A stretch of DNA of 58,900 nt, taken from contig CAZEIM010000008.1 in NCBI GenBank assembly GCA_964512145.1, forward strand, positions 19,201 through 78,100, in the 5' to 3' direction. This stretch comes from an uncultured Flavobacteriales bacterium. GTDB lineage: Bacteria; Bacteroidota; Bacteroidia; Flavobacteriales_G; JALEGO01. The notes beneath the pieces are model-generated. The model saw only the letters and a program-made list of their open reading frames with translations, did no database searches and was not told the origin of the DNA. Shown piece by piece: positions 19,609-28,629 of the stretch; positions within the stretch are counted from its first letter, which is position 1; each line of letters begins with the position of its first letter. The position numbers and the translations under genes are program-made.

Positions 19609-22600
19609 ATGATTTATTTCTTTTTAAGCAGAATAAAAGCCAGTCAATTAATATGGTTGTTTTTTTTATGCATTATTATAAAGGGAAAAGCTCAATTAAG
19701 TAAGCCCATCATTACCAATTATAAAAACAATCATTTTCAAATAAATTTTAAGGTTCACGATATTGAACAGTCAATTGATGGGGTAATGTATTTTGCAACC
19801 ACTAAAGGATTAGTTACGTACAACGGAACCTCTTGGTCAAAAATTTCCGAAGTATCCGGTATACCATTTACAGACATTTCAAAATTTGAACATGATATTT
19901 TTCTTTCAGGAAAAGAATTTTTTGGCATACTAAGTAAGTCGGGGACTAATCATTATGAATACCAATCTCTAAGCGACTCAGTAAGAGAGTTTGCATATCA
20001 AAATGTAACGGCAAATTATTCGTTACACTTACATGAAAAATCATATTTCATTGGAAATCATTTAGTGGTAACAGAAAACAATCGAATCTTAGATGTATTG
20101 GCAATTCCCGGTGAATCAAACACTGGCACTATATTCGACAAAAAAGTATTAATTCATGTTCCGAAAGAAGGAGTTTTTGCATTACATAAAGATAAAGACT
20201 GGGTATTTACTCCAATATCATCTCAAAACACCAACATTAAAATATTAAAAGGTACTGAGAGCTATTTATTTGTAGTACTGGATGATGGAACCGTTGAAAT
20301 ATATAACTCTTCATATAAAAAGGTCAAAAGCTACCGAACGCATAAAAAAATACAAGCTATCGAATTTTTATCAGAACAGTATTTAGCATTAGCAACCGAT
20401 GAAGGTATTTTAATATATGACGTATATTCTTTGCAATATGTTTTATCGCTGGATGAGACTTTAACATTAGAAAGCAACCAGTGTATTAGCTTAAAAATTG
20501 ATAAACAGTTTAATTTATGGATTGGTACACAACGAGGTATTAGTAAAGCAGAAATTTTCTTACCATTTTCCTTTTATTCAGAAGAATCTGGAGTGCATGG
20601 AAGTGTTAATGATGTGCTTATTCAACAAAATGAATTATTAGTGGCTACCAATTTAGGAATTTATAAAAAAACCGGGCAAGATTCGTTACATCAAAACTTA
20701 CTGTTTACCAAAATTTACGAGAATATTCAACCTGTATCAGATATTGAATGGATAAACCAAACATTTATTTTTTTAAGCGCAAATAACTTGTATTACATCA
20801 ATGCAAAACAAGAGCCCGAAAAATTATTTGTATTTGATCAAGATATATTGAAAATTAAAAAAATGAATAACTCCGAGTTTTTTATTCATGGCTTGGAAGG
20901 ATTGTATTTTATGAGACAGTGTAAAGAGTTAGAATGCAGTATTTATCCATGGTTTACAAAAAAAATACTAGATATTCCTATACAAGATTTAGTAATTATT
21001 GATACTAGTACCATTTTATATATAAGTCATAAAAAATTATATTCAGTTGAATATCAAAATTCTAATTTTCAAATAATTAAAGATAGTGGATTTGTAAATA
21101 TTGCTAATGTTGAAAAATTATATCAAGTAGATGGAAATATTTTTGCCTTGAAAAAGAATAACATTGTAAAAATTGAAAAAAAAGGAAATAAGTTTGAAGA
21201 AACGCCTTTCTTTTTCATTCAAAGTATTCCAAAAAATTACGATCATTCCTATTTAATAAAAACAAATTTACATTATTACTTGATTTTTAGCAGTAGTAAA
21301 AATGCTCCTATAGCATACTACAAATCTATCGATTCTGAAAATAAACATTTTATTCCATTAACTTTATTCAGAAGACTTCCCTCATTTCAAATAAACAACT
21401 TAATTCCCGACCCCAACAAAAGAGGATATTTTTGGGTATCTACCGAAAATGGTTTAATTGAGTTTAAATCTTTTATGGAACCAGGAAAAGAAGGAGACTT
21501 CGAAACATCCATTGAACATATTTTTTTTAATAACCATGTACTCGAATTTGTAAATCCTGAAGTAAAAGTTGAATTTCCGTACTATCAAAATTCTGTTACC
21601 TTTCAATACACTTCTACCAATTATATTGCAGAAGATTTAAATGAATATTCTTATTTTTTAGAAGGGTCTGATAAAGAATGGAGCGCCTGGTCCCCCGAAA
21701 ACAAAGTAACCTACGCCAGTTTACCAGGTGGTAAGTACACCTTTAAAGTAAAATCTAAAAATTTGTACCAACAGGAAAGTGAAATTGCTGAATTTTCATT
21801 TTATATAAAGTACCCATGGTACCAAACTACCCTGGCTTACATATTATACATCATTGTAGGTGTAATTGTAGTCTATATTATTGTTTTATTATACACCTTA
21901 CGATTAAAAAAATCAAATATCAAATTACAACAAATAGTAAACGAACGAACCGATGAAATAAGAAGACAAAAAGAAGTAATTGAAGAAAAAAATAAAAGTA
22001 TTACATCTAGTATTGAGTATGCAAGAACCATTCAAGAAGCTATCTTAACTTCTAAAGAATACTTAAATGCAGTATTGAAAAATTATTTTGTATTTTATAA
22101 ACCCAGAGATATCATTGGAGGAGATTTTTATTGGACTTATAAAAATCCTGTAACCGAAAAAATAGTAGTGGCGGTTGGTGATTGCACTGGACATGGGGTT
22201 CCGGGTGCCTTAATGAGTATGATAGGGAACTCACTTCTTAATGAAATTGTAATAGAAAATAAAATTGAAGAACCAAATATTATTTTAGATCAATTAAGAA
22301 GTGGAATCATCAATTCTTTTCAAAACACCAATATCTCAAAAATAGAAAGAAGTCATGATGGTATGGACTTATCCCTAATAACCATTGATTTGAAACATAA
22401 AATATTACAATATTCTTGTGCCCGACAAATTATTATTATTATAAGAAATAATCATATTATCGAATTAGAAAGTGATTTCCAGCCTGTTTCCAATTTTATA
22501 TCCAATTTACAACCTTATAAATTACACAGCATATCATTGCAAGAAAACGATGCCATTTATTTATTTACAGATGGATATCCAGATCAATTTGGAGGTGAAA

Positions 22601-22764
22601 AAGGAAAAAAATTCATGTATAAACAATTTAAATCCCTATTATTAAAAATTAGTGAAAAACCAATGCAACAACAAGCAGATTTGTTACAAAGTGAGCTTGT
22701 ACAATGGATGGGAAGTCAGGAGCAAATAGATGATATTTGTGTATTAGGTATTAAAATTGAATAA
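19609..22764 (+). CDS. Membrane sensor phosphatase: periplasmic beta-propeller, Y_Y_Y domain, TM helix, coiled coil, SpoIIE/PP2C domain
   Basis: Propeller motifs (MYFATTKGL, LWIGTQRGI), YSYFLEG...WS...TYASLPGGKYTFKVKSKN, PWYQT plus TM, then GGDFYW, GDCTGHGVPGALMS, DGMD, LFTDGYPDQFGG and QIDDI. Confidence 0.9.
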   Translation: MIYFFLSRIKASQLIWLFFLCIIIKGKAQLSKPIITNYKNNHFQINFKVHDIEQSIDGVMYFATTKGLVTYNGTSWSKISEVSGIPFTDISKFEHDIFLSGKEFFGILSKSGTNHYEYQSLSDSVREFAYQNVTANYSLHLHEKSYFIGNHLVVTENNRILDVLAIPGESNTGTIFDKKVLIHVPKEGVFALHKDKDWVFTPISSQNTNIKILKGTESYLFVVLDDGTVEIYNSSYKKVKSYRTHKKIQAIEFLSEQYLALATDEGILIYDVYSLQYVLSLDETLTLESNQCISLKIDKQFNLWIGTQRGISKAEIFLPFSFYSEESGVHGSVNDVLIQQNELLVATNLGIYKKTGQDSLHQNLLFTKIYENIQPVSDIEWINQTFIFLSANNLYYINAKQEPEKLFVFDQDILKIKKMNNSEFFIHGLEGLYFMRQCKELECSIYPWFTKKILDIPIQDLVIIDTSTILYISHKKLYSVEYQNSNFQIIKDSGFVNIANVEKLYQVDGNIFALKKNNIVKIEKKGNKFEETPFFFIQSIPKNYDHSYLIKTNLHYYLIFSSSKNAPIAYYKSIDSENKHFIPLTLFRRLPSFQINNLIPDPNKRGYFWVSTENGLIEFKSFMEPGKEGDFETSIEHIFFNNHVLEFVNPEVKVEFPYYQNSVTFQYTSTNYIAEDLNEYSYFLEGSDKEWSAWSPENKVTYASLPGGKYTFKVKSKNLYQQESEIAEFSFYIKYPWYQTTLAYILYIIVGVIVVYIIVLLYTLRLKKSNIKLQQIVNERTDEIRRQKEVIEEKNKSITSSIEYARTIQEAILTSKEYLNAVLKNYFVFYKPRDIIGGDFYWTYKNPVTEKIVVAVGDCTGHGVPGALMSMIGNSLLNEIVIENKIEEPNIILDQLRSGIINSFQNTNISKIERSHDGMDLSLITIDLKHKILQYSCARQIIIIIRNNHIIELESDFQPVSNFISNLQPYKLHSISLQENDAIYLFTDGYPDQFGGEKGKKFMYKQFKSLLLKISEKPMQQQADLLQSELVQWMGSQEQIDDICVLGIKIE

Positions 22765-22776
22765 TTTGCTAAAAAC

Positions 22777-23298
22777 ATGAGCATCTTAAGTAAAATCAAT
22801 ATCTGTATTATCTTTTTTTTCCAAATATTTGTGTCATATGCTCAAAAAGACACCTTGTTTCATTTTAAAATTAAAGGAGCCGTTTATAAACGTGAAGATG
22901 TGTTAACAAAAGTTTCTATAAAAATTACCGATGAGAATAATCGTGAACTTTATAAACAAATAACCGGTAGAAAAGGAACATTTTCATTAGACTTGCCTGA
23001 AAATAATGTGTATTTAATTACATTCGAAAAAGAAGGATATATTTCTAAAACTGTTTCTATAAGCACTATTTTATTAGCAAAACAAAATTTAAAACACAAA
23101 GATACTAAATTAAGCTTCAACTGTAGACTTACGAAAAAACCTAAAAACATAAACGAAGAAAAACTAAAGCTTTTACAAGAACCTTTTGCGATTATTAGCT
23201 ATGATGAAACTCAAAAAAATTTAGTATGGGACAAAGAATACACGAAAAAAATGACCTTATTAGAAAGAGACGTTTTAAAGAGCAGAAACAATCACTAA
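22777..23298 (+). CDS. Exported hypothetical protein with a carboxypeptidase-regulatory-like beta-sandwich
   Basis: Signal peptide ending YA-Q and the pattern GTFSLDL...YLITFEKEGYISK. Confidence 0.65.
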   Translation: MSILSKINICIIFFFQIFVSYAQKDTLFHFKIKGAVYKREDVLTKVSIKITDENNRELYKQITGRKGTFSLDLPENNVYLITFEKEGYISKTVSISTILLAKQNLKHKDTKLSFNCRLTKKPKNINEEKLKLLQEPFAIISYDETQKNLVWDKEYTKKMTLLERDVLKSRNNH

Positions 23299-23909
23299 AC
23301 AAACTGAGTAATCATAATATACTGACAAATAAAGCCCAGTATAAATCCTGCGTATACTTGCATAGAAGTATGTGCCTCCAACTTAATTCTTGAATAAGCT
23401 ACCAAGCCTGAGAGTAAGATTGACCATATAAAGAACGTATTTACATTAGCCTCAAAACGAATACCTAAAGCGTAAATACTACCGGATAAAGCTCCTAAAC
23501 CCATAAGATGAGCACTAATTTTCCAAAAAAAGTTAATGCAAAAAATAGCAAAAAGCAAGATCACCGACCCTAACATAAATATCTGAATTAATAAGGGCAA
23601 ACCATTTTTAGACAAAATGTAGTATGCGGTTAAATAAAATATAAACGTTATAAAGTAAGGAATCTTTCGTTCATTTTTTGAGTTTAACTCAATACTTTGC
23701 ACCACTTTGTATTTATACAACATAAAAATAAACATAAATGGCAACACAAACGTATTGATAAATATGAGTGATATAATTAAGAGTTTTGCTTCGGAGGGAA
23801 TAACATGTTTTAAAAAAATATTGCTATTAAACAATACGATATAACCATAGGTAGGAACCAATAAAGGGTGAAATAAATAGGATAAAAATTTAGAAAATTT
23901 ATTTTCCAA
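23295..23909 (-). CDS. PAP2-like integral membrane protein
   Basis: SYLFHPL, KISAH and SRIKLEAHTSMQVYAGF. Start placed at TTG 23909 because a TATCTTTG promoter box (23944-23937) overlaps the track's start at 23939. Confidence 0.75.
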   Translation of the reverse strand: MENKFSKFLSYLFHPLLVPTYGYIVLFNSNIFLKHVIPSEAKLLIISLIFINTFVLPFMFIFMLYKYKVVQSIELNSKNERKIPYFITFIFYLTAYYILSKNGLPLLIQIFMLGSVILLFAIFCINFFWKISAHLMGLGALSGSIYALGIRFEANVNTFFIWSILLSGLVAYSRIKLEAHTSMQVYAGFILGFICQYIMITQFV

Positions 23910-24205
23910 GGCAAAGTTTTTGTAAAATAACTTAAGCAAAGATATTTATTTACAAAACATATACGGTATAAACCCATTAAAACAATTTATGTTTCAAAAA
24001 ATTCTCCTAAAATACCCATACACCGGGATTTCAAACTACTTAATACATCAACAAGCTCAGCAAAAAGTTTATGACACATTTCATTAAGGAAAAGTACAAG
24101 TAAAGAAATACAAAATTAGGATGTAAGTATTGAATATATTGAACAGAGAAAAATAACTATTAAAAAGTATCAAAAAAATCTTACCGGCTCAAAGGAAAAT
24201 GAATA

Positions 24206-24247
24206 TTACTCCCTATCCACGGGTTTAAACCCGTGGATAGGGAGTAA
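24206..24247. repeat. Perfect 42-bp palindrome, REP-like
   Basis: TTACTCCCTATCCACGGGTTT|AAACCCGTGGATAGGGAGTAA is its own reverse complement and is GC-rich within an AT-rich spacer. Confidence 0.85.
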
Positions 24248-24345
24248 GCTTTTACTCAAGTCCCGTAAGCTTCAAAAAACCAATTGTTAAACCCTCCCGA
24301 ACTGCAACTAGCAAATAAAAACTGTGTAATGAGTATACCCTAAAA

Positions 24346-25305
24346 TCAAAAAATATATTTATCCATTTTATGTATTTCTACCATCGCTTCCTTGTATTCC
24401 TTAAGTAATTCAAAAACAATTTCTTTAGCAGGTTTAATTGAATGTATAGTAGCCGAAATTTGTCCAATTTCAAGCTCACCCTCATGCATATTTCCCTCAA
24501 ACATGCCTTTTTTGGCTCTCCCTCTTCCAAGTAATTCTTTTAGTTCTTCGTATGTACTGCATTTTTTATATGCCTCCTCTATTTGATTATAGAAGTCGTT
24601 TTTTATTAAGCGGACCGGAGTTAATTCTTTTAAAGTTAACACCGTATCTCCTTCTTGAGTTTCCAAAACTTTCTGTTTAAAATGTTCGTGAGCTGAAGAT
24701 TCTACAGAGGCTACAAATCTGCTACCTACTTGAACACCATCTGCTCCCAAAATCATAACCGATAACATGGCTTTACCCGAAGCAATACCTCCTGCTGCAA
24801 CTAAAGGAATGTTTATTTTATTGGCAATTAATGGAATTAAACACAAGGTGGTGGTTTCTTCTTTTCCATTATGTCCACCGGCCTCAAACCCTTCTGCAAT
24901 TACTGCGTCAACACCACATTCTTGTGCTTTTAATGCAAACTTTAAACTGGAAACCACATGCAATACTTTAATACCCTCTTGTTTAAACAACGCTGTATAC
25001 GTTTTGGGATTACCGGCAGAGGTAATAACAACCGGAACTTTTTCACGAATAATAATATCAATATGTTCCGAAATTTGAGGATATAAAAGTGGTAAATTTA
25101 CCGCAAAAGGTTTTTTGGTTGCATTTTTAGATTTTTTAATATGCTCTAACAAAACATCCGGATACATAGACCCTGCACCAATAACACCTAACCCTCCAGC
25201 ATTCGAAACTTCAGAGGCTAATTGCCAAGGGCTACACCAAATCATACCCGCTTGAATAATCGGATATTGTATACCTAACACAGAACACAATGAATTCATA
25301 GCCAT
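24346..25305 (-). CDS. Nitronate monooxygenase / FabK-like FMN-dependent oxidoreductase
   Basis: YPIIQAGM, AEGFEAGGHNG, AAGGIASG and GADGVQVGSRF. The TACATTTG box at 25341-25334 favours ATG 25305 or 25299 as start. Confidence 0.88.
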   Translation of the reverse strand: MAMNSLCSVLGIQYPIIQAGMIWCSPWQLASEVSNAGGLGVIGAGSMYPDVLLEHIKKSKNATKKPFAVNLPLLYPQISEHIDIIIREKVPVVITSAGNPKTYTALFKQEGIKVLHVVSSLKFALKAQECGVDAVIAEGFEAGGHNGKEETTTLCLIPLIANKINIPLVAAGGIASGKAMLSVMILGADGVQVGSRFVASVESSAHEHFKQKVLETQEGDTVLTLKELTPVRLIKNDFYNQIEEAYKKCSTYEELKELLGRGRAKKGMFEGNMHEGELEIGQISATIHSIKPAKEIVFELLKEYKEAMVEIHKMDKYIF

Positions 25306-25415
25306 AATTATTAATAACGTATTAAATGTCAAGCAAATGTATGGATATTTCAGTTAATACATGATTTATTTTTTTTTATGATAAAATTAAGTTAATATTG
25401 CTTGTTATTTTAAGC

Positions 25416-26345
25416 ATGGTAAGTAGTAAAAAAGCAATATTATTCCTAATTCTATTCTTATCTATAGGCCTTCAAACATTTCGTGCGCAGTGGGCATTAG
25501 ATTATGGATTTAATATTGGAGTTGCTAATTACCTGGGTGAAATTGGAGGCAAAGAAAAAGATGCACAACCTTTTTTATTAGACTTAAAATTAGGACAAAC
25601 TAGATGGGGATTGGGAGGTTTTATTAGATATAACATTGCCGGAAACTTTTATATTCGAGGCGATATAAATACCTTTAGAATACAAGGTGCTGATAGTTTA
25701 TCTATTAATCCAACTCGTGTTGGCCGAAATTTAAGTTTTAAAAACGATGTGTTTGAGCTTTCTGCTCGAGCTGAATATGTGTTTTACAGGGACTATGATG
25801 TAGGCAGAACCGGAAACTACGAAGTAAACTTAAGTATGTTTGCTTTTGCTGGTGGTGGGGTATTTTGGCATAATCCAAAAGCTATGCACAATGGTCAATG
25901 GTATGCACTTCAACCACTTCAAACAGAAGGTGTTGCTTACTCAAGAATTCAACCTTCTATCCCAGTAGGATTAGGATTTCACTATACCATTCGAAAAACA
26001 CAACGTATTGGTTTTGAAGTGGGATATCGATTTACCTTCACGGATTATTTAGATGATGTAAGCGGATTTTATAGAGATACAACAGGCACTACAGATATTC
26101 AAAAAATATTTATTTCTCGACCTGTAGAAGTAGATATATATGATAATTTACCTCATCCCAACAATTACAAATACCCATCCCCAAGAGGTAACCCTAAAAA
26201 CATGGATGGTTTTATGACAGCTATGGTTTCTTACAGTACAGTAATTAAGGGGAAATATAAAAATAAGAAGTTTAATGCAACTAAGCGTAGATATAAATAC
26301 ATTACTTCTAAAAAGAAAAAACGTAGGGCTAAGGCTAAGTTTTAA
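25416..26345 (+). CDS. DUF6089-type outer-membrane beta-barrel protein
   Basis: Signal peptide ending RA-Q, NYLGEIGG, RNLSFKN, LQPLQTEG, YRFTFTDYLDDVSG, RGNP, and terminal Phe. Confidence 0.75.
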   Translation: MVSSKKAILFLILFLSIGLQTFRAQWALDYGFNIGVANYLGEIGGKEKDAQPFLLDLKLGQTRWGLGGFIRYNIAGNFYIRGDINTFRIQGADSLSINPTRVGRNLSFKNDVFELSARAEYVFYRDYDVGRTGNYEVNLSMFAFAGGGVFWHNPKAMHNGQWYALQPLQTEGVAYSRIQPSIPVGLGFHYTIRKTQRIGFEVGYRFTFTDYLDDVSGFYRDTTGTTDIQKIFISRPVEVDIYDNLPHPNNYKYPSPRGNPKNMDGFMTAMVSYSTVIKGKYKNKKFNATKRRYKYITSKKKKRRAKAKF

Positions 26346-26633
26346 AAGGATTTTTTTAGAAATAATACTTATATATATTTGCTTTAATATTGATATTAAC
26401 TGATTCTAATCAGATACAATTTTAGAGCAACCCTTAAATAAATCCTCCTGTTTTATATCCAAATTATTGTATTCATAAAAGCTCTTTCCATACTATTAAG
26501 GATTTTTTAGAATGCTAATTATTTTTAATAGTCTAAATATTATATTACACCAATAAGTTATTTGAGTTAAATTTTCTTATTAAGAAACAGAAAAAAACAT
26601 GAGGAAATTAGCCATTATTCTTATGACTAATAT

Positions 26634-27197
26634 TTATAATAAGTCTAATATTTCCTCACAGGAGAGATAATATTTTTTAAATTGACGGATATACTTTTCA
26701 TTAAAGTTTGAATGGTTAAGTTTTTCTGTGCATCTTTTATATAAGTTTTTTCCTAAACCATGTTTTATACACAAAACATCTGTATTTTTCTCATATTTTG
26801 CATGAAAACTATTAGAAAAAATGTATTTAACGGCATCTATACAAATAACCCCGGCACTTTTTTCTATAAAATAGCATATATGTGCTAATTCATGTCCAAT
26901 AATCCCTATTTTGGCACTATCAGAATATTCCCATAATACTCCTGCATTTCGAATATTTTTATTAAAAATAATAATATACGTTCTGTTGCCTTTCTTTTTA
27001 AAAAAAGATTTAAATGTCGGCCTAACTTGAGCTGTAGCGTGTATGTTTTTAAATGTAAAAATAATATTTGTGTGATTTAACTCCGGATAATACATTTTTA
27101 CCTCATGAATTAAATCTTTAATATTTAATGTATCATCTGCCTTAAGAAATGAAATATTAAAAAGCATTAAAATGGATAGAAATTTCACATAAAACAT
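26634..27197 (-). CDS. Exported hypothetical protein with an HExxH motif, putative zinc metalloprotease
   Basis: Signal peptide, GIIGHELAH, and downstream E...D (EKNTD). Confidence 0.6.
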   Translation of the reverse strand: MFYVKFLSILMLFNISFLKADDTLNIKDLIHEVKMYYPELNHTNIIFTFKNIHATAQVRPTFKSFFKKKGNRTYIIIFNKNIRNAGVLWEYSDSAKIGIIGHELAHICYFIEKSAGVICIDAVKYIFSNSFHAKYEKNTDVLCIKHGLGKNLYKRCTEKLNHSNFNEKYIRQFKKYYLSCEEILDLL

Positions 27198-27385
27198 CAG
27201 GCTCTAGATATAATAAATACAATCATTAAGAAAACAATTATTCCTAAAAATACCCAATAATTTTTTTTATAAAATAATCTGGAATATTTAATATCTTTTT
27301 GGTAAGCCATTATAAGAGCAACTGTAAATACTAATGCAAAGAAAAGTGTAAATAATTTTTGTCCTGAACTTAAAAATAATAACAT
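27197..27385 (-). CDS. Small two-helix membrane protein
   Basis: 62 aa, two hydrophobic segments flanking AYQKD...FYK; its stop overlaps the next start. Confidence 0.65.
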   Translation of the reverse strand: MLLFLSSGQKLFTLFFALVFTVALIMAYQKDIKYSRLFYKKNYWVFLGIIVFLMIVFIISRA

Positions 27386-27390
27386 ATACG

Positions 27391-27398
27391 TATATTTG
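27391..27398 (+). promoter_or_regulatory. Bacteroidota -7 promoter box (TATATTTG)
   Basis: TAnnTTTG 22 nt upstream of ATG 27421. Confidence 0.6.
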
Positions 27399-27420
27399 CA
27401 CTCTAAATTATAAAATTATT

Positions 27421-28461
27421 ATGTATAAAAAGCTACTTTTTACCCTTAGCATGTCTTACGTTGTTATTTCAAATGCTCAAATAAGCATTACGGATACCGA
27501 CATGCCGGCCATTGGAGATGTAATTATTAACGCAACCGACACTTTCCCGACTGTTAATCCGGGAAGTTCAGGGCCTAATCAAACATGGGTTTTTACATCC
27601 GTAAATGCTCATTTTTACGATTCAATAGAATTTTTATTACCTGCCTCTACTCCTTTTGCTTCAGATTTCCCTACTGCTAATGTGGCCTTTGTTCAAGGCC
27701 CTGGATTTGTGTATGCTAATTTAAATACCAATGACTTATCTTTATTAGGAATTAAAGGTGATTTGTTAGGAGATGGTATTCAAAGAAAATATACCATTAC
27801 GCCTAAAAATGTATTGGCTCAATTTTCAATGGATTATTCAGATACATACTCAACTAACCATACAGAATTTATTACTTTAGGCGCTGCTGAAGTTGGGGCT
27901 CCTGCACCTATTGATTCTGTAAAATTAGAAAGTGTTGTGTCCAAAGCAGTTACTATTGATTCATGGGGAAGTGTTACAACCCCTGAGGGAACCTTTAATG
28001 CTTTGCGTCAAAAAAATGTTACAGTAACCAACAGTAAAATTTATGCTAAAGCATTTGGATTTTGGAGTGTTTTACAAGACTTGGGAGATGCTGAACAAAC
28101 TACGTATCAGTGGTGGTCAAATGATCCCGGAACAGGATTTCCGGTTATAGAAATGGTAGAAGATTCAGGAAATATTACTTCTGTTACCTACATGACGACC
28201 AATGTAACCGTAAAAACTCAAAACCTTTTGACAGAAAAAATTGATTTTCAAGTATACCCAAACCCATCTGCTGATGTAGTATTTTTTAACTCCGAAAGTG
28301 AATTAAAAACCATTAAGTTTTTTGATTTAAGTGGTAAAATTGTAAAACAAGAAAGCAACATTCAAACTGTAAATGTGCAAAATTTACCATCTGGTTCTTA
28401 TATCATAAAGGTTGAAGATGCAAAAGGAAATACAGGCTATTTAAACTTTGAAAAATTATAA
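27421..28461 (+). CDS. T9SS type A sorting-domain protein of unknown function
   Basis: Signal peptide ending NA-Q; C-terminal VYPNPS...FFDLSGKIV...LPSGSYIIKV...FEKL. Confidence 0.88.
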   Translation: MYKKLLFTLSMSYVVISNAQISITDTDMPAIGDVIINATDTFPTVNPGSSGPNQTWVFTSVNAHFYDSIEFLLPASTPFASDFPTANVAFVQGPGFVYANLNTNDLSLLGIKGDLLGDGIQRKYTITPKNVLAQFSMDYSDTYSTNHTEFITLGAAEVGAPAPIDSVKLESVVSKAVTIDSWGSVTTPEGTFNALRQKNVTVTNSKIYAKAFGFWSVLQDLGDAEQTTYQWWSNDPGTGFPVIEMVEDSGNITSVTYMTTNVTVKTQNLLTEKIDFQVYPNPSADVVFFNSESELKTIKFFDLSGKIVKQESNIQTVNVQNLPSGSYIIKVEDAKGNTGYLNFEKL

Positions 28462-28478
28462 AAATAAATAAATTAGCA

Positions 28479-28520
28479 ATCAAACAAAAAAGGCCGGGCT
28501 TCCGGCCTTTTTTGTTTGAT
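28479..28520. terminator. Bidirectional intrinsic terminator
   Basis: ATCAAACAAAAAAGGCCGG-GCTT-CCGGCCTTTTTTGTTTGAT has perfect 19-bp arms with T-tracts on both strands and lies between convergent genes. Confidence 0.9.
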
Positions 28521-28629
28521 AAAGTTAGCATATCTTCAATTAATCAAAAATCTATCATCACCCCAATCATAACCTGTTTTTTATTGAAATAAAGAGTGTA
28601 AGTATTGATATTATTAAAAAAATCTTACG

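Noticed and set aside
23989..24087. 32-aa + strand mini-ORF (MFQKILLKYPY...)
   Set aside because: No recognisable motif or promoter, and an ORF of this length is expected by chance.
24206..24247. Palindrome as a CRISPR repeat or intrinsic terminator
   Set aside because: There is one copy only, no spacers or cas genes, no loop and no clear U-tract.
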